A stretch of 64,000 nucleotides of DNA. Origin: an uncultured Planctomycetaceae bacterium. GTDB lineage: Bacteria > Planctomycetota > Planctomycetia > Pirellulales > Thermoguttaceae. The DNA is taken from NCBI GenBank assembly GCA_964447865.1, contig CAYUUL010000006.1, positions 950-64,949 on the forward strand, written 5' to 3'. The translations under genes were made by a program, and so were the position numbers. A model generated the notes under the pieces. The model saw only the letters and a program-made list of their open reading frames with translations. It was not told the origin of the DNA and ran no database searches. This document shows, one piece after another, positions 10,114 to 20,380 of the stretch (position 1 is its first letter; the number at the start of each line of letters is the position of its first letter).

Positions 10114-11145
10114 CTAGTCAGGTAATAGTTCGAAATCGCGCAAGATAGCGTCGACTTCCTCCATATCGTCCTCACTTAATTGCGCGTATCCAGACTCAGC
10201 ATTTTCAAGAGCTTGTTCTGGAGTGCGAGCGCCACATAAGACGACACACTTCCCGTAACAATTAGCAACCCATGCCGTTGCAAATTGCGCAGTGGAAAGG
10301 TTGTATCGTTTGGCAACAGAATTAATCTCTCTTAGTGCATTGTTAACGTTCTTCACATTCTCTTTCTTAAAAAGAGGATCATTTATTCTTTGGTCACCAT
10401 ATTTATAAACGCGAGTTGGGTCAAGACTACCGGTCAAAAGGCCGCGTTCTAGCGGCGTACACGCGAAGAAAGTCATCTCTTTTTTTCTACAAACATCCAA
10501 GATTCCATTTTTTTCTACACTTCGGTCAAGTATAGAGTAATGCCCCTGTACAGTATCAACAGATCCCAATTGTAAATAGTCGTCTAATTGGGCTCTAGAA
10601 ACATTTGCAATCCCTATTGCTCGAATCTTACCTTCTGATCGCATTTTTTCGAGAGTCCCCATAACTTCTGAAAACGGAGTAGTTCCATCAGAGGGATAAT
10701 GAATCTGAATTAAGTCTATATAGTCTGTTCGAAGTCTTCGTAAACTATCTTCAATACTTTTTCGAATAACGTCCGATCTCAACCAACGATAAACACCAAA
10801 CTTTTGGAATGATTCAGTATATCCATTGTAATCGGCAAAACAATGCCATTTTCCCAACGACGAAGGCAAGGGGTGTTCAGACCAATATAATCCACACTTA
10901 GAACACAAAACAATCGAGTCGCGACGAAGGGAGCTAATCGCTTTACCAACGATTTCTTCGGAACGTCCAAAGCCATAGATTGGAGCAGTGTCGATAGTTG
11001 TGATTCCGGAGTCAATTGCCGTACGAACTGTATTAAACGACATTTCGTCATCACACCCCCCCCACATAGAACCTCCCATAACAGAGGTACCAAGAGCAAT
11101 GACCGATACCTCAATATCCGTAGAACCAATTTGTCTAAACTTCAT
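10114..11145 (-). CDS. aldo/keto reductase
   Basis: MKFRQIGSTDIEVSVIALGT.., DTAPIYGFGRSEEIVGKAI, YIDLIQIHYP. Start set at the internal Met (CAT 11143-11145). Confidence 0.85.
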   Translation of the reverse strand: MKFRQIGSTDIEVSVIALGTSVMGGSMWGGCDDEMSFNTVRTAIDSGITTIDTAPIYGFGRSEEIVGKAISSLRRDSIVLCSKCGLYWSEHPLPSSLGKWHCFADYNGYTESFQKFGVYRWLRSDVIRKSIEDSLRRLRTDYIDLIQIHYPSDGTTPFSEVMGTLEKMRSEGKIRAIGIANVSRAQLDDYLQLGSVDTVQGHYSILDRSVEKNGILDVCRKKEMTFFACTPLERGLLTGSLDPTRVYKYGDQRINDPLFKKENVKNVNNALREINSVAKRYNLSTAQFATAWVANCYGKCVVLCGARTPEQALENAESGYAQLSEDDMEEVDAILRDFELLPD

Positions 11146-11463
11146 ATAGAACGCTCCCCAACATATTTTCAAGCGAATAGGCGCCTCCCCTCTCGTGTAC
11201 AGGCGCATTGATAAAACAGAGTATTTTAAATTGACACTTCAATTTAATCAAGAGTTAAACCAGGTGAAGAAATTCAAATTACTGGAGATAGAAATATGGG
11301 AAGAAGAGAATAACTTATTGTTTTTTTTTTCACTAATAGATAGAATTATTGACAGCGTTTGTTTTAATATCACAACACAATCGTGGATTATCAATAATCA
11401 ATCCCAATTAAAGTTATCCATCCGAATTTGTCTGTTGTCTGTGTTCATCCCAAGGAGAATGTT

Positions 11464-12765
11464 ATGAAATTCATATTTTCCCAATCTTTTGTCTTAATCG
11501 CATCGCTTACTTTTTTCTTTTGTACAGCCTCCTCGTTTGTCCCATTATCTCAAGCTCAAAAAGCCAATTATGACGAGTCACAAGTTCAAGAATACCAATT
11601 ACCCGATCCGTTAATAGCTAACGATGGAACGCCAATCACAACAGCGGAAGCATGGCAAACAATCCGGCGTCCGGAAATTTTGAAACAATTTCAATCAGAG
11701 ATGTTCGGTAAATATCCAGAAGCGGATCTTTCCAAATTGGCATTTGAAGAATTAATGTCTTATGACCAATTTCTCGATGGTAAGTCAACGATGAAGATCA
11801 TTCGAGTTTTCTTTAACGCACCCGAACAAAGTCCATATATGGATCTAATGTTGGTTCTTCCAAACGCACGCAAAGGAGTTGCAGCGCCAGCCTTTTTAAT
11901 GCCTAATTTCCAAGGCAATCATACCACGAGCCCAGATTCCCATATTTTGATCGACGTTCCTTCGGCTCGCATACGCAATACAGACAAATCACCAGAGGAA
12001 TGTCGAGGAATAATAAGTTCACGTTGGGCATTCGAGAAAATTATCGACGCTGGGTATGCGTGCGTTACAGTTTACTATGAACAGATCGACCCGGATTTCG
12101 ACGACGGTTTTAAAAACGGCGTTCACCCTATTTTTACCAATTTTAACGTTGAAGACGGTGATTATCCGGCAACCATCTCGGCATGGGCATGGGGACTTTC
12201 TCGCGCGTTGGACTGTTTAGAAACCCGCCCAGAAATTGACGCCAAAAAAGTTATAGTACTTGGTCACTCTCGCCTTGGTAAAACCGCTTTGTGGTGTGGA
12301 GCAAACGATGAACGTTTCGCAGGCGTAGTGTCTAACAACTCAGGTTGTGGCGGAGCAGCGCTCTCACGACGTAATTTTGGCGAAACAATAGCAATCATCA
12401 ATAAATCTTTTCCCCATTGGTTTACGTCAAACTTCCATAAATACGGTGACGCAGTCGACACTCTTCCAATGGATGAACATGAACTAATCGCTCTAATAGC
12501 GCCTCGCCCGGTCTACATAGCAAGCGCAAACGAAGATCTTTGGGCAGATCCGAAAGGAGAATTTCTCTCTGCACTCAACGCCGACCCTGTTTACAAGTTA
12601 CTTGGCACAGAGGGTTTTGGCGACGTAACAGAGCAACCAGACGTAAACGTTCCAGTTGGGGCGACAATACGTTATCATAAGCGTACCGGTAAACATGACG
12701 TTACCGATTACGACTGGGAACAATACATTAAATTCGCCAACTCAATTTTTGGTGAACAAAAGTAA
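11464..12765 (+). CDS. secreted carbohydrate esterase, CE15 glucuronoyl-esterase-like
   Basis: ATG at 11464 follows AAGGAG. A signal peptide is present. The nucleophile motif GHSRLGKTALWCGANDERF and SNNSGCGGAALSRRNFGE match the bacterial CE15 pattern as I recall it. Confidence 0.7.
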   Translation: MKFIFSQSFVLIASLTFFFCTASSFVPLSQAQKANYDESQVQEYQLPDPLIANDGTPITTAEAWQTIRRPEILKQFQSEMFGKYPEADLSKLAFEELMSYDQFLDGKSTMKIIRVFFNAPEQSPYMDLMLVLPNARKGVAAPAFLMPNFQGNHTTSPDSHILIDVPSARIRNTDKSPEECRGIISSRWAFEKIIDAGYACVTVYYEQIDPDFDDGFKNGVHPIFTNFNVEDGDYPATISAWAWGLSRALDCLETRPEIDAKKVIVLGHSRLGKTALWCGANDERFAGVVSNNSGCGGAALSRRNFGETIAIINKSFPHWFTSNFHKYGDAVDTLPMDEHELIALIAPRPVYIASANEDLWADPKGEFLSALNADPVYKLLGTEGFGDVTEQPDVNVPVGATIRYHKRTGKHDVTDYDWEQYIKFANSIFGEQK

Positions 12766-12821
12766 ATTCGTAACTTAGCGCGCCGCGTGATTTGTTGTAT
12801 CCGTATTTCAAGGTTAACATA

Positions 12822-14357
12822 ATGAATTCATCCAAAGCTCCAACAATACTTGCGTGGCGCCTTCGTAACCTCCCAGTAATTCTACTCATTTTATTCGCAT
12901 TATTCGTTCGCGGCGGTATTCTTTTCATGTCACTGGAATCGTTTGACGCCGATCCGGACTCTTATGAAAAGCTTGCCATAAATTGGTATGAATACGGAGT
13001 CTTAGGAGAAGGTGAACAAGCAACTGCTTTTCGTCCGCCGCTCTATCCCTGGATCCTAAAGGAACTAATTCATCTTCAACATCCTTCTCAATGTCGTGTA
13101 AATAAGTTTGAGATCAATAAAATTGACGGATCTACTAATTCAGTTGTAAACCGTAAATTCTCTTTACTACGAAAGTTTGTCAATGAAAACCTGACGCTTT
13201 CACGTAACGCTTCAATCGCATTTTTACATTGGATCCTTGGCGTATCGACTGTAATATTCGCCTACAAATTGGGTCGTCTTGCACATTTACCAAAAACGTG
13301 GTCGTGTTTTGTAGGAGTTCTTGTTACCGTAGATCCACTTCTCCTTCAACAATCGCGTCTCATTATGACAGAAACACTAGCGGCATTCTTGGCAGCAGCT
13401 TTGTTGTTAGGGTGTGTTGTTTGTTCTCGACAACATAATAATCGTGCCAATTGGTTCTTCTTTTTACTTGGGATTCTTTTTGGTCTTTCAGCGTTATGTC
13501 GTCCAACATTTTTTATATTCGCTGGACTTACTTTTATTACATTTATTATATTAGGTATTAAAAACTCACGAAAGTATACTTTCATCCACACAGCATTCCT
13601 TCTTGTCGGAATTGCTTGCACCACAGCCCCTTGGTTCGCGCGTAATCTCCATGAATTCAAACTACCAATCCTAGCAACCACACATGGAGGTTACACGCTT
13701 TACCTTGCCAACAATCCAGAAATTTACAAACATTATCGATCGGAACCTTTTTTTAGTTATTGGGACCCAGAAAATTTCCATCAACAACATAAATCCGCCT
13801 ATGAGGTAGCTCTAAACAGAACTAACTTACGTCCGAATACAAAAGAAGCGGAACTTTTTCAAAATGAATGGACCAAACAAAAAGCGCTCGAAACAATTCA
13901 ATCGTCCCCCAAGACTTTTTTATATTCGTGCGTAGTTAGATTTTGCGAACTGTGGCGTATTACCCCCAATTCTGTGGCTCTCATTCCCCCAAAGGGGAAT
14001 ACATTTTCTAATAAAATTGTATTATATAAAAGTTATATGCGTACCATTATCGCTATTTTTTACTTGTGGGAATTCTTTTTTGCTCTAATCTTTGTTATAC
14101 ATCAGCTCATTTTTAATAGAAATTACAACACCTTCCCTAACACCAAAAATAAAGACAAAGCCCCCCCCCAAGCCGTTGGTTCAACGCCTCTTGTTTGGGG
14201 TGCGGCGTTCATTCTTTCAATCCAAATACCTCATTTTATTTACTGGACCAATATGCGAATGCGGACTCCACTAGAAGTTTTTATTCCAATATTAGCGGTA
14301 TTAGGTATATTTACGTTAAAAACAAAAATTTCACAAAAAAGAGAATACGATAAATAA
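12822..14357 (+). CDS. ArnT/PMT-like (GT39/GT83-type) membrane glycosyltransferase
   Basis: About 11 TM helices. The N-terminal loop DADPDSYEKLAINW...AFRPPLYPWIL is typical of dolichyl/undecaprenyl-phosphate-sugar-dependent glycosyltransferases. Confidence 0.65.
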   Translation: MNSSKAPTILAWRLRNLPVILLILFALFVRGGILFMSLESFDADPDSYEKLAINWYEYGVLGEGEQATAFRPPLYPWILKELIHLQHPSQCRVNKFEINKIDGSTNSVVNRKFSLLRKFVNENLTLSRNASIAFLHWILGVSTVIFAYKLGRLAHLPKTWSCFVGVLVTVDPLLLQQSRLIMTETLAAFLAAALLLGCVVCSRQHNNRANWFFFLLGILFGLSALCRPTFFIFAGLTFITFIILGIKNSRKYTFIHTAFLLVGIACTTAPWFARNLHEFKLPILATTHGGYTLYLANNPEIYKHYRSEPFFSYWDPENFHQQHKSAYEVALNRTNLRPNTKEAELFQNEWTKQKALETIQSSPKTFLYSCVVRFCELWRITPNSVALIPPKGNTFSNKIVLYKSYMRTIIAIFYLWEFFFALIFVIHQLIFNRNYNTFPNTKNKDKAPPQAVGSTPLVWGAAFILSIQIPHFIYWTNMRMRTPLEVFIPILAVLGIFTLKTKISQKREYDK

Positions 14358-14612
14358 TCAGTAAAAACTATATTTTCAGTTTTTTTTTTTTCAAAAAAAT
14401 AACATATATGGCAACATCGTTTTACAAAAGTTCAAAATAAACTAGAATTATTTGAATGTTCTCGATGAAGGAACAATTCGATGGTATATAATTATAAGTT
14501 GAGCAATGGCGTTTTCCTGCCGTAATAGAACGATAGAAATTCCCTGCCGATTGTTCCCTGCCATTATCCCCCCCTTTATAAAATTACGTTTATGTCCTTT
14601 AAATATGATATT

Positions 14613-15260
14613 ATGAAGTTTCGTTTAGTAACGTTTACTTCTTTGTTTGTCTTTGTATCATTATCGTCGCTCATATCGGCACAGGAGCTCGTGTTTGAGG
14701 ATCATTTCGAGGGGACACTTAAGCCTGGTTGGGCTTGGCAACGCGAAAATGCAACGTGCCGTCGGTTTGTGAATAATGCGTTAGAGATATTAGCGGAACC
14801 CTTTGGTAATTGTGAGGCGCGCAATGCGTTAGTCCGTCCCCTAAATTTTTTTAATTGTCGGGATGGTCGTATTTGTAACTCCTATCGAATTGAGACCAAA
14901 TGTTGTTTTGTTGGTAAACCCCGCGCCCAGTTTCAACAGTGCGGAGTTTATTGGATACGAAACGAACGTATTATTTTCAAATTGGTTTTCGAAAATATTG
15001 ACGGTAAAATTTATGTATTCCCTGGCAAGGTTCCAGTTAATTCTCACGGGGGACGTTTGCGAATTACCGTAGCAGGGCAGAGTATTGTAGCTGAATTTTG
15101 TGGAGACGACACGTCTCGTTTTCGACGGGTTTATGAGGGTCGTCTTGACTACCAACCTAATGATAAAATTTCCCTACAGTGTTGGAATGGGCCTCGTGTC
15201 AGCCAGGGATTAGGCCAGTGGGCACGTTTCACATATTTTAGAGTTGAGAAACTTGATTAA
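14613..15260 (+). CDS. secreted hypothetical protein, concanavalin/LamG-like fold suspected
   Basis: Signal MKFRLVTFTSLFVFVSLSSLISAQ, then ELVFEDHFEGTLKPGWAW, which is common at the start of DUF1080/DUF1349-type beta-sandwich proteins. Confidence 0.5.
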   Translation: MKFRLVTFTSLFVFVSLSSLISAQELVFEDHFEGTLKPGWAWQRENATCRRFVNNALEILAEPFGNCEARNALVRPLNFFNCRDGRICNSYRIETKCCFVGKPRAQFQQCGVYWIRNERIIFKLVFENIDGKIYVFPGKVPVNSHGGRLRITVAGQSIVAEFCGDDTSRFRRVYEGRLDYQPNDKISLQCWNGPRVSQGLGQWARFTYFRVEKLD

Positions 15261-15366
15261 GTTCTCAATAAAGTTTTTCGAATTCACACCGGTTGCTTAG
15301 ATTATGTCTTGAATCAACTAAAATAAGTTTCAAAATTGGGGTGTAACAATAAGGAGAAATTGAACA

Positions 15367-16269
15367 ATGAAAGGGGGGGAAGTCTTTTGCTTTTCGGTTT
15401 GTTACCTCATTGCATTCTTGTTTGAGCTCACTCAGTTACGGTTCAAATCCCAATATTCGTTAAGAGTTTTGTACAGAGTCTTTTTGTGTTTTGGTATTGT
15501 TTTACATGGAATAACGCTTTATACCAACGACCTTTTACAAAACAATCATTTTTTTGTCTCAATTGCCTGCTGGTTTTACGTACTTGGTTTTAGTTTAGCG
15601 CTTGTAACTGGTTATTTAACGTTAGTATACAACCGGACTCAATTTGGATTATTTCTCTTACCTCTGACGCTTATTGTATTACTTGTAGGGCAGCTTTCCT
15701 CGGACGCTGATTTTTCGACAGCTACGACATGTCGTTGTGTACGCGCTATACATGCAGGTAGTTTTATGTTGTCGACGCTTTTTTCTCTCATCGGAACAAT
15801 AGCGGGCACAATGTTCTTCTTACAACGGCGGCGTCTAAAAAATAAAATTTTTGCTACGATATTATCCCTTCCCTCACTAGAATGGCTTGGGTATGCGACG
15901 CGCCACTCTGCTAACGTAGCGTTAGTTTTTCTTGGAATTGGGGTAGGTTCAGGTTTTTATTTAAAGCGCTTCGCAACATCAGTCCCCGTTTATTTAAATT
16001 CACTTGACCTAGTAGCTATTGGAGCAACGGCTTTATTTATTCTCTCAATTATTTTTCAAATGAGTCTCCGTTTCAAGAAAGGCTTAGACATAAACGCAGG
16101 CAATGCAACTCTAACATTTATTAGTTGCGTAGCGCTTATCATATTGCTTTTATTTGCAGCTTTTAAAACGGAAGGACATTGGTTGGGATTGGTCGAAATA
16201 TCAGAGTCTAACATAACAGTTCCAATCCCTAATAAAGTCCCACAATCACCCACAGTTGAGTTCGAATAA
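15367..16269 (+). CDS. polytopic inner-membrane protein, CcsA/HemX-like (tentative)
   Basis: AAGGAG lies 8 nt upstream of the ATG. About 8 TM helices. It ends 11 nt before hemA, the same position HemX occupies in hemAX operons. No WWD motif seen. Confidence 0.45.
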   Translation: MKGGEVFCFSVCYLIAFLFELTQLRFKSQYSLRVLYRVFLCFGIVLHGITLYTNDLLQNNHFFVSIACWFYVLGFSLALVTGYLTLVYNRTQFGLFLLPLTLIVLLVGQLSSDADFSTATTCRCVRAIHAGSFMLSTLFSLIGTIAGTMFFLQRRRLKNKIFATILSLPSLEWLGYATRHSANVALVFLGIGVGSGFYLKRFATSVPVYLNSLDLVAIGATALFILSIIFQMSLRFKKGLDINAGNATLTFISCVALIILLLFAAFKTEGHWLGLVEISESNITVPIPNKVPQSPTVEFE

Positions 16270-16280
16270 GGAGAGAGATT

Positions 16281-17564
16281 ATGCCAATACGAGTAATCGG
16301 GCTCAATTGTCGCATCGCGCCAATCGAAGTTCGTGAATTATTTTCATTTGACCTTACTAGCGTGGAAACAACCCTCCATGATTGGCGTTTACAGTATCCT
16401 GAAGTAGAGGCAGCTTTTGTTTCAACTTGCAACCGTACGGAGCTTTACGTAGCTTCTGAAAAAGTCGAGCTCCCTTCTATACTGAAGGTATTTCCATTTC
16501 TAATAGCTCCCAAGCATAAATCAGATCAACCTGCCATTGAATTTGATCGATATTCTCAAAATTTTCAAATACTTAGCGAGTGTGAGGCTGTACAACATCT
16601 TTTTTCAGTTACCTCAAGCCTCGATAGTATGATCCTTGGCGAACCACAAATTCTTTCTCAAATGAAACGAGCATATGAACTTTCTGTTCGTATGAAAACG
16701 ACTGGTCCAATCTTAAACAATGCTTTTCAAACGGCTTTTAAAACAGCAAAAAGGATTTCTGCTGAAACCGATATTTTCAAACGACGCGTTAGTATTCCAA
16801 GTGTCGCGGTTGTGGACTTTGTTCTCAATATATTTGAACGACTTAATGACAAGCGCACACTGGTGCTTGGCGCAGGTGAAATGGCAGAAGAGACATTGAA
16901 ATATCTTGCAGATTATGGAGCAAAGTCGGTAGTCGTCGCCAATCGTAGTCGCGAAAAGGCAGAAAAGTTAGCGTTAACGTGGCATGGGAAAGTTATCGAT
17001 TGGGAGCAACGCTTTGAAGCATTAGCGACGTCCGACCTTGTAATTTGTGCCACGGGAGCTTCCGAGCCAACGGTTACATTGCAAGCGTACAAACAAGTCG
17101 AAGCTGAGCGACAAGTTTCTCGTCCACTTTTTATCCTTGATCTTGCCGTTCCGCGCAATATTGACGTCAGAATAGGCGATCGGGCCAATGTATACCTTTA
17201 TTCAGTTGACGACCTTGAAGCAGTGTGTTCACGTAATAAAGAACTTCGAGATCGGGAAGTCCCAAAGGCTAAGCAAATCATACAAGAAGAAGCGTTAAAA
17301 TTTGTAAACGCAACAGGTTCTCGAAGTTCAATCGAAACAATCCGAATGCTTCGAGAAAGTTGGATGCAAACCAAAGAAATAGAAGTCGATCGCCTTCTCA
17401 ATAAAATCTCTTGTGATCAACATACGGAAGAAGAAATAAGGTACGCCTTTGAGCGTCTAGTGAATAAACTACTTCATTCTCCGACAGTATATCTACGCGC
17501 AGCTACCGAAACAGGATCCAATCCTCGACTTCTAGACGCTGTAAAACGATTGTTTAAACTCTAA
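16281..17564 (+). CDS. hemA: glutamyl-tRNA reductase
   Basis: Motifs STCNRTELY, ILGEPQILSQMK and VLGAGEMAE. Length 427 aa. Confidence 0.92.
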   Translation: MPIRVIGLNCRIAPIEVRELFSFDLTSVETTLHDWRLQYPEVEAAFVSTCNRTELYVASEKVELPSILKVFPFLIAPKHKSDQPAIEFDRYSQNFQILSECEAVQHLFSVTSSLDSMILGEPQILSQMKRAYELSVRMKTTGPILNNAFQTAFKTAKRISAETDIFKRRVSIPSVAVVDFVLNIFERLNDKRTLVLGAGEMAEETLKYLADYGAKSVVVANRSREKAEKLALTWHGKVIDWEQRFEALATSDLVICATGASEPTVTLQAYKQVEAERQVSRPLFILDLAVPRNIDVRIGDRANVYLYSVDDLEAVCSRNKELRDREVPKAKQIIQEEALKFVNATGSRSSIETIRMLRESWMQTKEIEVDRLLNKISCDQHTEEEIRYAFERLVNKLLHSPTVYLRAATETGSNPRLLDAVKRLFKL

Positions 17565-17611
17565 ATTCGAACTAGTATGAATTTTGTTTTATTATTACAA
17601 AACGTACCCTC

Positions 17612-20293
17612 TTAACGGTAAGTTTGTACGTCCAGAAATCCGGCGTTTGTTTCTTTTTTCCTTTTAATAATAACACGCACGCGTCCGACGTCGTAAGTAT
17701 GAAAAACCTTATACCCCTTGACTCGTAGTTCTTCTTCCATTTCGTAACTTCGTTGGCGAATTCCACCGCTAAGCGCTATAAACTCAGGATTTGCCCAAGT
17801 TAGTATCTCATCCAAATTTTTAGAACGTCCCCCGTGATGCGGCGCCAAAATAAAATCAAAATTGATTGGATTCCAATTAATAAAACGCGCGTCGTCAGAA
17901 TCTAGGTCACCGGGTAATAACACTCTACGATTTAAATATTCTAAAGCAATTACTAAACTATTTGCATTCGAAGAATCATCGTCAATATTAGCAACGTCAT
18001 CAACAAATGGATGTAAAACGGCAAGTTCAGGAAACCCCAAAGTTCCTAGCGAATCTCCGGCAACAACAGTTTGTACGGAAATTTTTTTTACTTGAAGTTT
18101 CTTTTTTAATTCATTTAACTCATTACTTGATTTTAAAAACATTGTTGGCGACACACACACACAATCGACTTTTACAAGATCAACAAGCGTAGTAATTCCA
18201 CCATAGTGGTCGAAATCAGAATGGGAAATGATTACAACATCAATTCGAGTTCGATTTGCATCCCAAAGATCTTTGGCAACAATTTCGGCTACATGATCGG
18301 CATTATATAAAGAACCACAATCATAAAGAAAAGTTCTTCCATCTGGAAAGAGTCCCAAAACAGCACATCCATGCCCTACCGAAAGTACGTCGACGCAAAG
18401 GACTTCCGAACGTTTTTGTGAATATATTTCAAATTGTGAAGCTAAAAGAGCAATACCGCCCCAAAGAAACATACCACCCCAAAGAACTATTTTTTGGGGA
18501 CGTAAAACAGGAAATAAAGTCCAAAACAATAAGGGAACATAAAATAACCACAGGGTCCAAGTTGGAGGAGCTGGTATTCGGCATGCTCCCCAAGCAGGAG
18601 ACGCGAAAAGATCTAATATACTTAAAAAGATATTAAACGCCACATTCGTTAAATATGCAACAATAGTCACAAACCAACAGAAATAAGTTGGAACCATGTA
18701 ATTTAACGCTCCAACAACAATCAATATGAAAGCAAGCAGCAGAGCAATAGTAGCGGGAAACCAAATAGCAGGGTTCGCAATTATTGCAATCGGAGAAAAA
18801 AGATTAGTTGAACGCAATAAAGCAGGGACTCCAATTATCCAAATACAAGACCCTGCCTTTGCTACAGACGTCGTAGATCTCCAGGTTGATTTCACAACTC
18901 GCTTTAACAAGGATTTTAACACAATAACGATTCTTAACGGACGATAGACGCCCACAACTCTTTCTGAGGAATTACTATTCTTTCTTGCAGAAGACCTTTT
19001 AAACAACTGGTTACGTTCACGGATTGCCTGTCGGCGCGAGGAGTTGGACATTGCCTGTTCTCGAATCGACAAGAGGCTCGTCCAAAGAAAAGAACCGGTT
19101 GCCAAAAATGACAGCTGGGCGCCAAGCTGAAAAAGTTCACATGGATTCCACGCAAGAATAACTAACGCAGCAAATGCAAGAGTATTCAGAGGTATTGATC
19201 GTTTATTGATAAGGGTACCAATCGACAAAGTTACAATTAATACGGCTGCACGAATGACCGGTGCGCGCATATCTGTCAACGCGATATAAAAAAAAACGAG
19301 AATAATCGTCAAAATGGCGACAAGAGCCCGCGGCGTTCCAACTCTACTTAGTATAAATACAAATGCGCCAACAACAATAGCAATATGAAGCCCAGAAATT
19401 GCAAGAAGATGAATCGTACCAGTCCGACGAAAAGAATCGTTCGTAATATCGTCGACGTCATTCCTAAACCCTAACGTCATACCTTTCGCAATTGCGGCAT
19501 TTCGCGGTTCTAACCACTCCGTAAGTATATTGCCGGCCCCAATACGAATTGTTTCGAAATAACGAGCAATCCTTGTTTTAAAATTAAAATCCATTCTAGA
19601 TTTAATTTCAAGGTTTTCGATAGAAGTTACAGAAAATGTCGTCAAAATACGTTGGGCACGATAATAGAGAGATCTATCTTGTTCTCCCGGATTCCGTTGT
19701 TTTTCAGGTTTTTCTAACCTTCCAAAGGCCAAAACTTTATCACCAATATGTAAATATGACGCATCCCCCATAATCGAAATGGCAATACGTCCAGAACACT
19801 TTTTCCATACACCAGAATCTTTTACTAACGAAACATTAGCGTTAAAACAAGTTAACACATCACTTTTGATAACAGATTGACTTGAATTTTCTTGGCGAAA
19901 TAAAGTAGGCGTATTTTGCACTTGGAACTCGAGGGCAACCGAAACGCCTTCTTGAGGTACGTGTAGACCAATTTCTGTTTCTGGGAAATAATTCAAATAT
20001 CGTTCATACCGCAAACCGGCCAATGAAGCAAAAGTTATCCAAGCAATAATATTTACTAAAAAAAAGGGGATCGACTTCGAAGAGTCTCCATGCTTAACGC
20101 TTTTGAGATAAAGAAAATTAGTCAGTATCGCAGTAAGTAAAACACCAACAACGCTAATCCAAAAAAGAAAAAACCAAACAGCCACACCAGGCGTCCAATA
20201 TTCATCAAGCAGAATACCGATAACCGCAGCCATGAAAAAAGGCACGAGAGGAGCGGCAATTTTCGTTTTTTTACTTCTGTGAGAACACGGCAT
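17612..20293 (-). CDS. comEC: ComEC/Rec2 DNA internalisation protein with C-terminal metallo-beta-lactamase domain
   Basis: The competence-domain helix LLAISGLHIAIV, a multi-TM core, and the MBL motif ISHSDFDHYGG. Confidence 0.85.
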   Translation of the reverse strand: MPCSHRSKKTKIAAPLVPFFMAAVIGILLDEYWTPGVAVWFFLFWISVVGVLLTAILTNFLYLKSVKHGDSSKSIPFFLVNIIAWITFASLAGLRYERYLNYFPETEIGLHVPQEGVSVALEFQVQNTPTLFRQENSSQSVIKSDVLTCFNANVSLVKDSGVWKKCSGRIAISIMGDASYLHIGDKVLAFGRLEKPEKQRNPGEQDRSLYYRAQRILTTFSVTSIENLEIKSRMDFNFKTRIARYFETIRIGAGNILTEWLEPRNAAIAKGMTLGFRNDVDDITNDSFRRTGTIHLLAISGLHIAIVVGAFVFILSRVGTPRALVAILTIILVFFYIALTDMRAPVIRAAVLIVTLSIGTLINKRSIPLNTLAFAALVILAWNPCELFQLGAQLSFLATGSFLWTSLLSIREQAMSNSSRRQAIRERNQLFKRSSARKNSNSSERVVGVYRPLRIVIVLKSLLKRVVKSTWRSTTSVAKAGSCIWIIGVPALLRSTNLFSPIAIIANPAIWFPATIALLLAFILIVVGALNYMVPTYFCWFVTIVAYLTNVAFNIFLSILDLFASPAWGACRIPAPPTWTLWLFYVPLLFWTLFPVLRPQKIVLWGGMFLWGGIALLASQFEIYSQKRSEVLCVDVLSVGHGCAVLGLFPDGRTFLYDCGSLYNADHVAEIVAKDLWDANRTRIDVVIISHSDFDHYGGITTLVDLVKVDCVCVSPTMFLKSSNELNELKKKLQVKKISVQTVVAGDSLGTLGFPELAVLHPFVDDVANIDDDSSNANSLVIALEYLNRRVLLPGDLDSDDARFINWNPINFDFILAPHHGGRSKNLDEILTWANPEFIALSGGIRQRSYEMEEELRVKGYKVFHTYDVGRVRVIIKRKKETNAGFLDVQTYR

Positions 20294-20308
20294 TTATTAA
20301 CCACATAG

Positions 20309-20349
20309 GAAAAAGAACAAACGCCGAAGGCGAAAACGTCTCCGGCGTT
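20309..20349 (-). terminator. intrinsic terminator between yebC and comEC
   Basis: The minus strand reads aacgccggag-acgttttcgc-cttcggcgtt (10-bp stem, 1 mismatch), followed by tgttcttttt. Confidence 0.6.
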
Positions 20350-20380
20350 CCAAAACACGAAAACTCAGCGAAAATTATAC

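Noticed and set aside
15373-15379. G7 right after the start codon of the CcsA-like gene, and C8 in the AKR gene (11056-11063), as phase-variation tracts.
   Set aside because: Comparable C7 runs occur in essential genes (infB, nusA), so such tracts seem to be tolerated genome-wide as Gly/Pro codons.
15439-15450. GGTTCAAATCC, a tRNA T-loop-like string.
   Set aside because: The flanking bases cannot form a T-stem (ttacg versus ccaat) or an acceptor stem, and the site lies inside a coding region. I found no tRNA elsewhere in the window.
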